Assembly (NCBI GenBank): GCA_963682135.1
Contig: OY821645.1
Location: 384,001 to 448,000, forward strand
Origin: Methanothrix sp.
GTDB taxonomy: Archaea > Halobacteriota > Methanosarcinia > Methanotrichales > Methanotrichaceae
Direction of reading: 5' to 3'
DNA length: 64,000 bases
In this document: piece by piece, positions 40,199 to 50,804 of the stretch
How the letters are laid out: each line of letters opens with the position of its first letter
How positions within the stretch are numbered: position 1 is the first letter of the stretch
The notes under the pieces: generated by a model
What the model was told of the DNA's origin: nothing
What the model saw: only the letters and a program-made list of their open reading frames with translations
The model's database searches: none
Translations under genes and position numbers: made by a program

Positions 40199-43126
40199 AT
40201 GGAGATCAGAACAATCTGGTTTGTAGCCACAGCAGCGATGTTTGCTCTGCTTTTGGTGTTGGTTTCGAACGCCGTTGCCCAGGAGCCGGTGGAAGCGGCC
40301 TTTGTGCGGGGTCATATCAGCGACGGCAGTGGGATCTGGCGGGCGAATGACTTCGGTTGGTTCTTCTACGATGTGGACAAGGATCAGGGCGGCGAGGAGC
40401 TTCGCGTCGATCTGCAGGGAAGGACGGCAGAGCAAGAGCATATTGTCTACTCCTCAAAGACATGGTCGCAGCAGTTTGAGTATAAACCGTGGGGCAGTTT
40501 CCAAGCTGTGGCGTTTATGGGCAGGCCATACCTGGCCGGCTATCCCAAAAGTTCTTTTACGGACGATATCAGCTCTCTAAATAAAGGAGATCTAAGGGCG
40601 GTGCTCATAGATGATGACAGCACACAGACTCTGAACAATAAAAAGGCCATCCCACTCCAGCAGGGGTATGTTCTGGCGGCTGCTGAGATCTCTGAAAAAA
40701 ATGGGGCCGTGAATTTTGTTCTGCTAAAAAATGGAAAACCCGTTTACGCCTCGGTGGTGAGCATTGGTGAGAACTTAATCTATAAAGTAAATGATTTGCC
40801 GGTGATCCTGGTACATCTCGTCAGTGCCATGAGCGGAGGAAATGGAGAAGGATTTGCCGAGGTGGACGGCATCTTTCAAATCAGCGATGTCCCCTATATC
40901 AAGCTCTTTGAAGGCGGCCTGCTCGGTAATATGAAGTTGACGGACATCTCTGTGGATGGCATTGAGCTTAAAAATAATGTCACTCTTTCATTAATCAGAG
41001 ACTCTGAGATACCTCTGACCCCCGACCTGAAAATGATCGTTCTAGATCAACCCGATCTTGTCTACTATCCTGTTGGAGCTTTCTTTGATTACGGTGTGCA
41101 TGAGATACGCGGGCCGGTTTATAGCGCCAGCTCATCCATTCCTGTCCGCATGGGTGACTACAATTCTTCTGTCATTGCCAGATGGAACTCCCTTAATTAC
41201 AGCGGATTTTACTTCGATCAGAAGCAATCTCTGGGTGCAGAGACTCTTGTCTTTTATAACGTCAATGGCAGAAGGTTGGAGCCACCGAGAAATCCCTTAA
41301 TTAATCAGGAAAATATGACTGTAGTGCAGAGTGGTTTTCAATATACTACTCTGCTACAGGCTAAAGAATTTGAGTATAAACCATGGGGGTACTATTTTAT
41401 CATGAGCTTCCTTGGCGCTCCCTGGTTTGCAGGATACGATTCAAGCATTCAAGGTAAAACGCCATCTAAGAGCCTTCTGGAGAATGAAGATCTAGGTAGG
41501 GTTCTACTGGACGTAGAGCTACAGGGCAAAATACTTGCAGGAAATTACTCACTTGAAGACGGCTATCAGATGCGTATCATGGATGTTGGCAATGACAGCC
41601 TGTTCCTCCAGCTTCTAAAAGAAGGAATTCTAGTAGATAGTTCCGTGGTCAAGTCCAATACAACATATGTCTACAAGAGAGATCTGGATAACATCAATGA
41701 CATGCCTATTATTATGATGCATTTCGGCAATGTCTTTAACAATGGCACGCACAGTTTTGCTATCCTGGATGGCATATTCCAGATCTCAGATCGGTATATT
41801 TTTCCGATTGATCCAGGAACCGGTTTTGGCGAATTGGAGATTGTCAGAGTTCAGCCCGATCAGATGATATTGGTCAATCCGGATAGTGTCAGCCTCAATA
41901 AAGACTCAGATGTAAACATAGGGCCGGGTATGGATGTTCGTGTTGCCGACAATGACACTCTGCGATATTATCTCCACACATCAATTTACGTTGTACCTCC
42001 GCCCGAACCGCCTCAAGTCAATGCTCAGGATAATGTATCATCCAATGCAACAGAAAACTTCAGCATTCTGGTCAATGCAGCGGAGATTCGACAGGTCATG
42101 GTCAGCATCCTCGATTCAAGCAATAAGACCGTTTTCACCGGGGATATCACAAAGCTTGGTCAGGGGTCGGGCGACTTGTGGCGCTTTGGCTGGCAATGGA
42201 ATGCTACGACGATGATGCTCAGTGATGATAAGAGCTCGATCCTGGATGCCAGCGGCAACGGCGTGCCTGCATTGCTCTACCTGAATAAATCCACATCACC
42301 CAGACAGGTCGGAGTTGAATTCAATTCGGAGGGACGAATTGGTGCAATAACGGATGGGGTGTCCATATATTATGTATCCCGTGGCGAATACAAACGACTC
42401 AACACTTCGATTGATTACGATGCCATGCTGGCCAACGAGACTATTCGAAAACAGTATCTCAAGATTGAGCCTGGAATGAGCATTCTGCAGTTTGCCGATG
42501 TCATCAATGGCAAATTGGTTCCTAGCAACGTCAACCACACCCTGCAGGGCAATCTTGAGGCTTTGGAGCCGCATATCGTTACGGTCGGGGCCGGACCAGG
42601 CAGATACGAACTGCGCATGAGGGTAGAAAATGCAGTTAATGCCATTCAGACATTCGGACAGTTCTTCAATGTCACTCCTGCCGAGATTCGTGGCGTATCC
42701 CTTGGCAATGCAGAGTCATTTGTCGGGGGAGAGGCCACAATTGCTCTTCTCGCTCCGAAATCCGATAGTGAGAAGACTGTTAACATCTCTTATGATGCCG
42801 CCAGGCTGAAGCCCACGAGCATTTCCGGACAATGCAATGCCTCCTGGCAGGTTGACGCGAAGAAGGAAAGGATTGGGGTTCTCCTCCCGGCAGGATGCAA
42901 CGCTGCCAATCTCACCTTTGCGGTGAGCAGCAAAGTCCAGGCAAATGATACAATCGATCTGAATGTGACAGGCACGAGCGGCTTTAAGTCCGAGACTATC
43001 ACCAACGGCACCATAACCATCGCTGCCAGCGATAATGGGGCAAAGAAGAGTCCCGGCCCGGGCATCCTGGCCGGACTGGTGGCCCTGGCGGCAGGAGCAG
43101 GCGCCTATTTCCGGCGCAGGAGATAG
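40199..43126 (+). CDS. S-layer-domain (DUF1608-like duplicated) cell-surface protein with C-terminal sorting signal
   Basis: Signal peptide; duplicated W.A.NF.GF.FD / FEYKPWG / DGIFQISD modules; PG-motif-TM-RRRR tail. Confidence 0.85.
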   Translation: MEIRTIWFVATAAMFALLLVLVSNAVAQEPVEAAFVRGHISDGSGIWRANDFGWFFYDVDKDQGGEELRVDLQGRTAEQEHIVYSSKTWSQQFEYKPWGSFQAVAFMGRPYLAGYPKSSFTDDISSLNKGDLRAVLIDDDSTQTLNNKKAIPLQQGYVLAAAEISEKNGAVNFVLLKNGKPVYASVVSIGENLIYKVNDLPVILVHLVSAMSGGNGEGFAEVDGIFQISDVPYIKLFEGGLLGNMKLTDISVDGIELKNNVTLSLIRDSEIPLTPDLKMIVLDQPDLVYYPVGAFFDYGVHEIRGPVYSASSSIPVRMGDYNSSVIARWNSLNYSGFYFDQKQSLGAETLVFYNVNGRRLEPPRNPLINQENMTVVQSGFQYTTLLQAKEFEYKPWGYYFIMSFLGAPWFAGYDSSIQGKTPSKSLLENEDLGRVLLDVELQGKILAGNYSLEDGYQMRIMDVGNDSLFLQLLKEGILVDSSVVKSNTTYVYKRDLDNINDMPIIMMHFGNVFNNGTHSFAILDGIFQISDRYIFPIDPGTGFGELEIVRVQPDQMILVNPDSVSLNKDSDVNIGPGMDVRVADNDTLRYYLHTSIYVVPPPEPPQVNAQDNVSSNATENFSILVNAAEIRQVMVSILDSSNKTVFTGDITKLGQGSGDLWRFGWQWNATTMMLSDDKSSILDASGNGVPALLYLNKSTSPRQVGVEFNSEGRIGAITDGVSIYYVSRGEYKRLNTSIDYDAMLANETIRKQYLKIEPGMSILQFADVINGKLVPSNVNHTLQGNLEALEPHIVTVGAGPGRYELRMRVENAVNAIQTFGQFFNVTPAEIRGVSLGNAESFVGGEATIALLAPKSDSEKTVNISYDAARLKPTSISGQCNASWQVDAKKERIGVLLPAGCNAANLTFAVSSKVQANDTIDLNVTGTSGFKSETITNGTITIAASDNGAKKSPGPGILAGLVALAAGAGAYFRRRR

Positions 43127-43296
43127 TCTCCATTCTGCCGCAAGAGAGAGATGCCATGCAAAACAGTCAGCGGCCTTGGCCGGCCGCGGCCCGGAGCGGC
43201 GCTCAAATCATCTCGCCGGAGGCCCCGCTGGGCCGACTCGCGGAATCCCCATATAATTACGAATAATATTATAATAATCAATAGCCTTCGGCAGCC

Positions 43297-43818
43297 TCAA
43301 TGATCCTGCGCCGCTTTTTTTATCGCCCTTCCCAGTGCAGTGCTCATGGCCTCAATCTTGCTCCGATCATCGCCTCCTTCAGCGGATATGAACAGGTTGA
43401 ACCGGCCATTGTAGGCTAGGGCGCGCAGGAAGTGGCTGAAGTTCTCCAGGGACATGCCGCCCAGGGCCTGGGATTGCAAAGCGAAATTGCCCCGATAGCC
43501 AGGCTCGCCGAAGCGCACGGCGGCTGTTGCCAATGCCAGGCCGGAGGGAACTGTTGAGCTTCCGATGCCGCTCTTGATCTCCTGGGCGAGGGCGCTTCCA
43601 AAGGTGATGGCTGTGTCTTCCGTAGTGTGGTGGTCGCCTGTTTCCAGATCGCCCCTGGCCTTGACGGTCAGATCAAATCCTGCGCCTCTGGCCATGGCTG
43701 AGAGGATCTCATCCAGGAGCGGTATTCCCGTATCGATTTGGATGGTGCCCGCGCCCTCTGTGTCCAGGAAGACTTCGATGCAGGTCTCTTTTGTCTGCCT
43801 TTTCTTGGATGCCGACAT
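43297..43818 (-). CDS. hisB: Imidazoleglycerol-phosphate dehydratase-like protein (degenerate active site)
   Basis: RQTKET, DTGIP and GDHHTTED are present; other conserved His motifs are substituted. Confidence 0.7.
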   Translation of the reverse strand: MSASKKRQTKETCIEVFLDTEGAGTIQIDTGIPLLDEILSAMARGAGFDLTVKARGDLETGDHHTTEDTAITFGSALAQEIKSGIGSSTVPSGLALATAAVRFGEPGYRGNFALQSQALGGMSLENFSHFLRALAYNGRFNLFISAEGGDDRSKIEAMSTALGRAIKKAAQDH

Positions 43819-44031
43819 GGATGGCCATTTACTTGTGTATCATTCTTAAGCTGATCGATCTATTCTCGTAAAATTCACAATCTATTTCGCTAGACGGCTG
43901 GTTACCTGGACTCAACTAGCTCTTCAAGGCCAGCCTAGGGAGAATATATCGTCATCACTTTTAGCTGATATAAAAGGATCATAACATGATATGCGAAAAG
44001 GCTATAAATTGATAACACCACACGAGATATT

Positions 44032-44766
44032 ATGAATGAACCAGAAGTAAAAAAGTTCTTTTGTGGTATCTTGCTGGTTATATTGTTTTTTATTTTTTCC
44101 AGCACAAATATACTGGCCCAGAATGATTTGAATACAAAAAATGCAACTGCAGTTGATGAAGCTGCAGAATCGACCAGCTTCATGTTTGTCCAAAATGCCC
44201 AATCTGGCAGCCTGGTCCCGATCGCGGGAGAAGAAAACCTTTACAATCTGACTCTAACAGGTGTTGCTCCCCAAACCATAGCATTTTCGGACAGGCCGGA
44301 GAGGATCGTGGTCCAGGTGGAGATGCAGAGATTCCTGGATGGTTCCTGCATTTCGTCTAATGATCCGCCAAATGCCGCCGTTGAGATTCTAGATGCTGAT
44401 GAGAAAGAGGATGTGGCTGTTGTCGAGCTGTTCGATCCCAAATACGACCGTATAAACCATACTCTTCATTACAATGTCAGCTTCCTCAAGGAGCCAAACC
44501 TCAGCTATGCCGAATTCAATGAGCGGCATGATAGCGCTCTGCCTGAGACATTTGGAGCAGTATCTCTGTTTATCGACAGTTGCCCCCCTGGCAACGTATG
44601 TTGCTTTGCAAAAGGTGAGGACGTATTATGTGCCCGCCTCAATAGTGTGCCATTCTGCTGGAGTTGGGCGGAGGGTTGCCATGCATGCAGGGACCAGACT
44701 CAACCCTGTTCGAAAGCGTGCGGCGGAAAACAGATTGTCGAATGGGATGATCACTGCGACGCTTAG
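44032..44766 (+). CDS. Secreted hypothetical protein with Cys-rich C-terminus
   Basis: Signal peptide; FVQNA..G, FSDRPER and PPNAAV motifs; 11 Cys in the tail. Confidence 0.7.
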   Translation: MNEPEVKKFFCGILLVILFFIFSSTNILAQNDLNTKNATAVDEAAESTSFMFVQNAQSGSLVPIAGEENLYNLTLTGVAPQTIAFSDRPERIVVQVEMQRFLDGSCISSNDPPNAAVEILDADEKEDVAVVELFDPKYDRINHTLHYNVSFLKEPNLSYAEFNERHDSALPETFGAVSLFIDSCPPGNVCCFAKGEDVLCARLNSVPFCWSWAEGCHACRDQTQPCSKACGGKQIVEWDDHCDA

Positions 44767-44769
44767 ATC

Positions 44770-44975
44770 ATTTCATCAAAGTCAAACTTGCCGAAGTAGC
44801 TGAGGTTCCGGGAATCCGCTCGCCCGAACCTCAGGTTGGGGCATTCGGCGGGCGGAAACCTCTTTTCGGTAAAGTCGGTCATCTCTGTAGAGCTGCTTAT
44901 TCCCGTGACCAGGCCCTGTAGCACGAGAGCAGGAATCTTGGCGGTGATTTGCCGTCGATGCAGCCGATTTCCAGG
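44770..44975 (-). pseudogene. SAM methyltransferase fragment (paralogue of 24445-25281)
   Basis: ITAKIPALV..G.VTGISSSTEM.DF..KRFPPAE.PNLRF..AD...LSY..KFD aligns with the intact gene. Confidence 0.7.
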
Positions 44976-45089
44976 ATATTGCTGATTTTGATTATGCATT
45001 CTTGGGCCTTTAAGAGTAGCCAGTGGCTTACAGGTCTCAGGCCTTTTCCTCAAAATATCTAAATAGAGCTAATCATCACTATTATTACT

Positions 45090-46166
45090 ATGAGTTCCAC
45101 CCCTCGACCCTGCACCCCTGAGCAGCCCATGTTCTGCAAGAAAGAAGAGCTGTCCAGGCTATACAGGCAGAACAAGAGCATCCTTCCTGCAGAAAACCTG
45201 ATCAACTCCCCCCAGATGGAGATCATAGACGGCAGCAACTGGTCCTTCGATCCCAAAACCCAGACCATCTGGAACAACCGCTACTGGAAGGGCTTTTATC
45301 CTGCCGATTATGACTTTGCCAACCTGGTCCTGATGTACGGCCTTGGCTTCTTTAAAAGATTCTGGCCGGAAATCGGTCCTTCAAAAGAAAAAAAGATACT
45401 GGGCGAAACTCACCCATTCCTCTCAGACATCCATGCTTATAACCAGGCCATCGATGCAGAGCTTCCCGAAACAGGAAAGGCGGTATACATCAAATATCGC
45501 GACTTTCCCTTTAACAACTTCGACGACGTAATCAAGATCATAGATAAAGATACAGTCATAGGAGAGGCATTTGTCTCCCTGAGAAAACCGGGAAAAGGGC
45601 TGCCCATATTTCGCTTTGTACTCTCGCGGCGCTATTCCCTGGACTATATGACCCAGGCGGACTGTATCTTCATCTTCCATCACAAAGCGGCCCAGCCAAA
45701 GCCAGAGGAGATCTTGGGCGACTGGGATCTGCAGCTCGTCTCAGACGCCGCACTCTCTCCACCCATTCTTCGGTTCAGATTTTTGCAGGGAGGTGTTGCC
45801 GGCGGCCGCACCGTCATCAGCACATCAGGCGACCCGAAAGCCAGCGCAGGCAAAACCAGCCCCTGTCCCGGCCTCATAGCCGAATTCATCATGGGCGGAA
45901 AGTTGAGCCATGCCGGCAACTCCACTTCATTTGGCGAGGGCGCTCTGATGAGCCTTGATCTGCCGGCCCAGGTCGCCAAAAATGCCATCCGCAAGATAAG
46001 CGATGACCTGCTGGTGGGTCTGATTGATCACCCCGGCCACCTCATCTTCCAGGCCCTTCAGGATTTCAAGGGATTCATCATGGCCGGACCCGGCCAGACC
46101 GGCAAGAAAGAAAAGAGTGAATTTAATCTGCCCTATCTTCTCAGGCGAGTATTCCCTAAAAAATGA
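45090..46166 (+). CDS. Hypothetical protein
   Basis: 358-aa ORF with host-like codon usage, 3 nt before the next gene. Confidence 0.75.
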   Translation: MSSTPRPCTPEQPMFCKKEELSRLYRQNKSILPAENLINSPQMEIIDGSNWSFDPKTQTIWNNRYWKGFYPADYDFANLVLMYGLGFFKRFWPEIGPSKEKKILGETHPFLSDIHAYNQAIDAELPETGKAVYIKYRDFPFNNFDDVIKIIDKDTVIGEAFVSLRKPGKGLPIFRFVLSRRYSLDYMTQADCIFIFHHKAAQPKPEEILGDWDLQLVSDAALSPPILRFRFLQGGVAGGRTVISTSGDPKASAGKTSPCPGLIAEFIMGGKLSHAGNSTSFGEGALMSLDLPAQVAKNAIRKISDDLLVGLIDHPGHLIFQALQDFKGFIMAGPGQTGKKEKSEFNLPYLLRRVFPKK

Positions 46167-46169
46167 GGC

Positions 46170-48473
46170 ATGAAAATGAGCTTTTTCATAGATCCGCCGC
46201 TTCTTGTCCTATCAGGAATGGCCATATTCCTCCTGGGAAAGGAGCTTAATTGGAACAGACATGCAAAAATAGTGGTAGGTCTTTTCATCGTCCTGGTATT
46301 CGTCGCCTTCAGCTCCCTCCTGTATGCAGACTTTGTGCGCTTCACCATACCCTTCTTTGCAAATCAAACAGGATCGGCTTTCATGTTCCACACCGATATA
46401 ACGCACATCCACAAAGACCAGATTCCAAAAATAGCAGTATTCTTCCTCTTCCTTCTCTACCCGGTCTGGATATTCGCCGGTTATGCCGCTGCCCTGCTCT
46501 GGGATAAGAGAAAATTTGCCCCGGAAGAGGGCAAATCCTATTCTTATGCTGATGTTAAAAGCAGAAGCCGCAGAACAGTCAGAACTGAGCAGCTAGATTT
46601 GCATACCGCTGTAGAGCGGGGAAATGATACACGTAAATGCGTCAGGGAGGCCGTAAAGAAACTTGGAGGCATGGGCAAATTTGTGCATAAGGGCGACAGA
46701 GTCCTGGTCAAGGTCAATATCTGCGGAGGACTGCCTGAGAGGAAAGGAACATTCACCAGCCTGGAGGTTGCAGACGAGCTATATAAGATGATCCGGGTGG
46801 CTGAAGGAGTGCCAACCTTCGCCGATGCCGATATGGTCTGGATCAAGTTCCAGCAGGCAGCCAGAGACTCAGGTTATATCAAATGGGCAGAGGAGAACGG
46901 TGTCAGACTGATCAACCTATCCGAAACCAAAGTCGTCAACTTCGATTTCGGAGAGCAAAGCGCTCTTCAAACTGAAAAAGTCTCTCTGGAGGCAATACAG
47001 GCAGATGTGATCATATCCGTCCCGGCCATGAAGACTCACCTTCTCACCGGCGTAACCCTGGCCATGAAGAACATGTATGGCACCTTTCCGGATATCGACA
47101 AGGCCAAGTTTCACAAAACGGGCATTGAAGACGTCATATTTGAGATCAACTCCGCCTTTACCCCTAACCTGGTCATAATAGATGGGAGCATGGGTGGCGA
47201 GGCCATAGGGCCACTGTCCGCCGACCCGGTCTATTATGAGACCATCATCGCCTCGGATGATGTAGTCGAGGCGGATTCAATTGCCTGCCAGATGATGGGC
47301 TACCCTCCCCTGGAGATAATCCATATCAGAAAAGCCTATGAAGCAGGCCTCGGGGATGCGTCAGCCCAGTTCAACTTCGATAACCTGGCATATCCCCACG
47401 CTAAAGACAGGATGTGGGACCGGCCCAAAATCGAAGTAACAGAGTTTTACGAATGGGCCATTGAGGTTGTTTTAATGTTTCCCGGCTGGGATACTCTCTT
47501 CAACATAGGTGCAGACTTCCTGCTCTATGATCTGTCTCACCTGCCGGTCTTCAGCCGCCTCATGCCTGCGGTCCTGTCGCTTCTTCAGAATGGAATCTAT
47601 CCTGTCTTGAAGGAAAATAAGAGAACAGGTATGGATGTCGCCCGCCAGGTGATCAATGTCAACCTGATGGTGCTTGTGGCTCTGGGCTGCGCCATCGGCT
47701 ATTACCTGGACGGCTATATCGCCCATTCATCGCTCATATACGAACTCGGCATGCTCCTTGGAATATTTATGGGATTTTTTGCTGCTGTCAGGATGAAGAC
47801 CATTCACTTTGTGGCATTGCTGGCCATATCCGGACTTGCAGGCATCGCAGTCGAATTTATAAACACCCATTCCAGTCCCAATCTTTCCGTCGCGGCAAAT
47901 GTGCTCGCCTACAATTACGGCGACAGCATAATCCGTGGCAGCACGTTAAGCCTTGAGGCTTCCTTTATCTATATCGCATGCGGATGGATGGTGATGATGC
48001 TCTCCATCCTCCAGGTCTCCGACCTGCTCACCGGATGGATCACAAATCTAGGCATATTTGCCAGGCTGCAAAGCTGGAAGGTCGCCCCCCTGGCCGCTAT
48101 CCTGGTGGTATTCAGTCTCTTCTTCGTTTGGGAGGGCTACTACGGCTTGGCCTACAGGAGCAAATACGATGGGATTGAGGGCATTGTTTTGATCATGTAC
48201 GCCATCATGGCAGTTTTGGGCATGATCTACTCCTCCAGGCATTCTATTGAATGGAACGCCACTCTCCTGATTGTAGCCCTTTTCATTGGAGGCTACATGG
48301 AGCTCACAGGCTCACTGGCTGGCCTGTGGACCTATCCATTCCATGAGAAGCTGGCAATCTTCTTCGCACTGACCTGGCCTCTCAACACCATGGCAGTCCA
48401 TGGCGCAGCCTATCTGCTGGGGATAGACCTGGGAGCACATGAGAGGAGGAGCCTGCTGAAGAATCTAAAATGA
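46170..48473 (+). CDS. DUF362-domain polytopic membrane protein
   Basis: GDRVLVKVN, SVPAMKTH..GVTLAMKNMYG, IIDG and ASDDVVEAD (DUF362), flanked by N- and C-terminal TM bundles. Confidence 0.8.
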   Translation: MKMSFFIDPPLLVLSGMAIFLLGKELNWNRHAKIVVGLFIVLVFVAFSSLLYADFVRFTIPFFANQTGSAFMFHTDITHIHKDQIPKIAVFFLFLLYPVWIFAGYAAALLWDKRKFAPEEGKSYSYADVKSRSRRTVRTEQLDLHTAVERGNDTRKCVREAVKKLGGMGKFVHKGDRVLVKVNICGGLPERKGTFTSLEVADELYKMIRVAEGVPTFADADMVWIKFQQAARDSGYIKWAEENGVRLINLSETKVVNFDFGEQSALQTEKVSLEAIQADVIISVPAMKTHLLTGVTLAMKNMYGTFPDIDKAKFHKTGIEDVIFEINSAFTPNLVIIDGSMGGEAIGPLSADPVYYETIIASDDVVEADSIACQMMGYPPLEIIHIRKAYEAGLGDASAQFNFDNLAYPHAKDRMWDRPKIEVTEFYEWAIEVVLMFPGWDTLFNIGADFLLYDLSHLPVFSRLMPAVLSLLQNGIYPVLKENKRTGMDVARQVINVNLMVLVALGCAIGYYLDGYIAHSSLIYELGMLLGIFMGFFAAVRMKTIHFVALLAISGLAGIAVEFINTHSSPNLSVAANVLAYNYGDSIIRGSTLSLEASFIYIACGWMVMMLSILQVSDLLTGWITNLGIFARLQSWKVAPLAAILVVFSLFFVWEGYYGLAYRSKYDGIEGIVLIMYAIMAVLGMIYSSRHSIEWNATLLIVALFIGGYMELTGSLAGLWTYPFHEKLAIFFALTWPLNTMAVHGAAYLLGIDLGAHERRSLLKNLK

Positions 48474-48607
48474 AACGGCGATGCCCTGGGTGCCCCGCCG
48501 CCTCTGCATTGGATGAGCATCCTGCAGCCGGGCTTGAGGTTGCGCTCGATGCCCTTGAGAACAGCCAGGTGATCTTTGACAGAGTAGCAGGCAGTCGAAG
48601 GATACTA

Positions 48608-49867
48608 ATACTACTGTTTAGCTTCCAAAATAACATAGCAATATATTAATACTTGGAACTCAATCAGAGATCATGCCATTTGTGAGTAAGCGGCCTGCTC
48701 TGCAATTAACTGAAGAAGAGCTTGAGTGCCTTAATAAAGCTAGCAAGTCAAGAACGCTCCCTGAAAGAGCAGTAGATCATTCCAAAATCCTTCTTGAGTA
48801 TTATGAGGGCAAATCAATTTCGCAAATTGCACGAGACTTAGAAACCAATCGGCCTAAAATTGAGCGTACGATTGACAAAGCCTTCGCCTATGGAATATAT
48901 GCAGCATTGGAAGATCTTCCAAGAAGTGGCAGACCACGAAAAATATCCTCAGGCGCAAGAACATGGATTCTGTCTCTTGCTTGCTCAAAACCACTAGACC
49001 TTGGATATTCATATGAATTATGGACACAAAGTTTATTAGCAGAACATATTCGGAACCATTGTTTAAATAATGGGTTTCCAGAATTATCAAAGTTATCTCG
49101 CGGAACCGTCTCAAAAATACTTGGCGCTAGCAACGTAAAGCCTCATAAAATTTCATCATACCTTGCTCCAATCGATCCGGAATTTGAGCCGAAGAGCGTG
49201 GTTGTACTACATACCTACAAGCAGGTAGAATTGCTTCAACAGATGTCCAAAGAAAATAAGCCGCTCGACATGGTTATCATTTCATACGATGAGAAGCCAG
49301 GAATTCAAGCTATTGAAAATAAATATCCCGATTTAATGCCTGAGTCAGGTGAATATGCCACGCTTTCTCGCGACTATGAATATATAAGGCACGGAACAAT
49401 ATCCCTACTTGCAGGGATTGATCTCTTAACCGGGACTGTCCATTATAAGATATTCGACAGGCATAGAAGTAGGGAGTTCATTGAATTCTTAAAATGCGTC
49501 GATTCAGCCTATCTGAAAGATATAAAAATAATTATTATTCTTGATAATGTTCGCGTACACACATCTAAGGAAACCAGGAGATATCTCAAAACAGTTCCGC
49601 AACGCTTTCATTTTGTCTTTACACCAAAACATGCCTCATGGCTAAACATAATCGAGAGCCTATTCAGCAAAATGACTCGAAGCATGCTGAGAGGGATTCG
49701 TGTATCATCCAAAAAAGAGTTGAAAGATCGCATGAGTCAATATATAGACGACATGAATGAAACTCCAACAATATTTAAATGGAAGTACAAAATGGATAAA
49801 ATGGCTGGCGGGATTGTTGCTGACAAGGACGGCGGAGTATTGATATGTTAATTTAGAACTGTAATAC
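48608..49867 (+). mobile_element. IS630-family insertion sequence
   Basis: TA dinucleotides at 48606-07 and 49868-69 with imperfect terminal IRs. The left boundary could alternatively be 48614. Confidence 0.85.
48673..49851 (+). CDS. IS630-family DDE transposase
   Basis: HTH + PRSGRP, YDEKPGIQA, EYIRHGT, LDNVRVH and PKHASWLNIIE motifs. Confidence 0.95.
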   Translation: MPFVSKRPALQLTEEELECLNKASKSRTLPERAVDHSKILLEYYEGKSISQIARDLETNRPKIERTIDKAFAYGIYAALEDLPRSGRPRKISSGARTWILSLACSKPLDLGYSYELWTQSLLAEHIRNHCLNNGFPELSKLSRGTVSKILGASNVKPHKISSYLAPIDPEFEPKSVVVLHTYKQVELLQQMSKENKPLDMVIISYDEKPGIQAIENKYPDLMPESGEYATLSRDYEYIRHGTISLLAGIDLLTGTVHYKIFDRHRSREFIEFLKCVDSAYLKDIKIIIILDNVRVHTSKETRRYLKTVPQRFHFVFTPKHASWLNIIESLFSKMTRSMLRGIRVSSKKELKDRMSQYIDDMNETPTIFKWKYKMDKMAGGIVADKDGGVLIC

Positions 49868-50256
49868 TACTATGTCAAACTCGCCGCTGTAGCTAAGGCT
49901 CTGGGCGTCCGCCCGCTCGAATCTCAAGTTGGAATATTCGGCTGGCGGAAACCTCTTTTGAGCAAAGTCGATCATCTCCGGAGAGCTGTCTACTCCTGTA
50001 ACCCTGCCCCGAGGGACGAGGGCGGCCATCTTGGCGGTGATTTTGCCGTCGCCGCAGCCGATATCCTGGATGTGCTCGTCTCCCCTCAGATTCAGCCGGG
50101 CGATAACGGCTTCTGATGCGCTCTCCTGGGCGGAGGAATTCCTATTTTTCGCAATCTTGCTTCATTAGTCTTATAAATACATTTATATTAATAACTACTC
50201 TTGAAATTGCACAGTTAAATTTTAAAGATTGTCTGTTAATACTTAATTTTAAAAAA

Positions 50257-50769
50257 CTATGAAAATTTATATAAAACGCCTGTAGTGAATAATTCATAAC
50301 ATATTAAAGCGATCCAAATTAGGATCAATAGTATCGGGGGAATCTTCCCGCGATTCCTTATTATTGAATAGGGGATTAAACCCTTATAATTGCTAAAGTA
50401 TTGTCGTCTTCGATCACTATGATACATGCCATCGTGATTCACGCCAATTTTATTGTATTCCATCTGAATATCATTTTCTATGCTTTGGATATTCATCATC
50501 ATAGAAAATGAGCTTTTCTCGTTCGTGATGATCAAGACTAGCCAAAAAAAGGAGAATAAAATGCCTGTTGCACAGATAATATATTCATAATGGGGTTTAC
50601 TTGTAGTAAAATATGCAATAAAAATTTGACCAACTATTAGAGCATAGATATTTTCCCACAAAGGATAGATCTGTTGAGAATTTAATCGAGCATTAAATGC
50701 GTATTCATATCTCTCTTTTAAAAGGTCGATTTTTTCTTCACTCTCCGCTTTGGTTTTATCACTTATCAT
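50257..50769 (-). CDS. AT-rich small membrane protein (3 TM)
   Basis: Probable start MISDKTK at 50769 (the track ORF runs into the MITE); helix-TM-TM-helix-TM layout. Confidence 0.65.
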   Translation of the reverse strand: MISDKTKAESEEKIDLLKERYEYAFNARLNSQQIYPLWENIYALIVGQIFIAYFTTSKPHYEYIICATGILFSFFWLVLIITNEKSSFSMMMNIQSIENDIQMEYNKIGVNHDGMYHSDRRRQYFSNYKGLIPYSIIRNRGKIPPILLILIWIALICYELFTTGVLYKFS

Positions 50770-50804
50770 TATTGGAGCGTTATTGTGCCATAATATAAAT
50801 TTAA

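Larger units (their letters stand above)
48495..50142 (-). pseudogene. SAM methyltransferase pseudogene split by IS630
   Basis: 49870-50142 encodes NSSAQ...DIGCGDGKITAKMAALVP...EFDIV. It continues at or below 48607 as VSFDCL..KDHLAVLKGIERNLKPG.RMLIQ. Confidence 0.75.
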
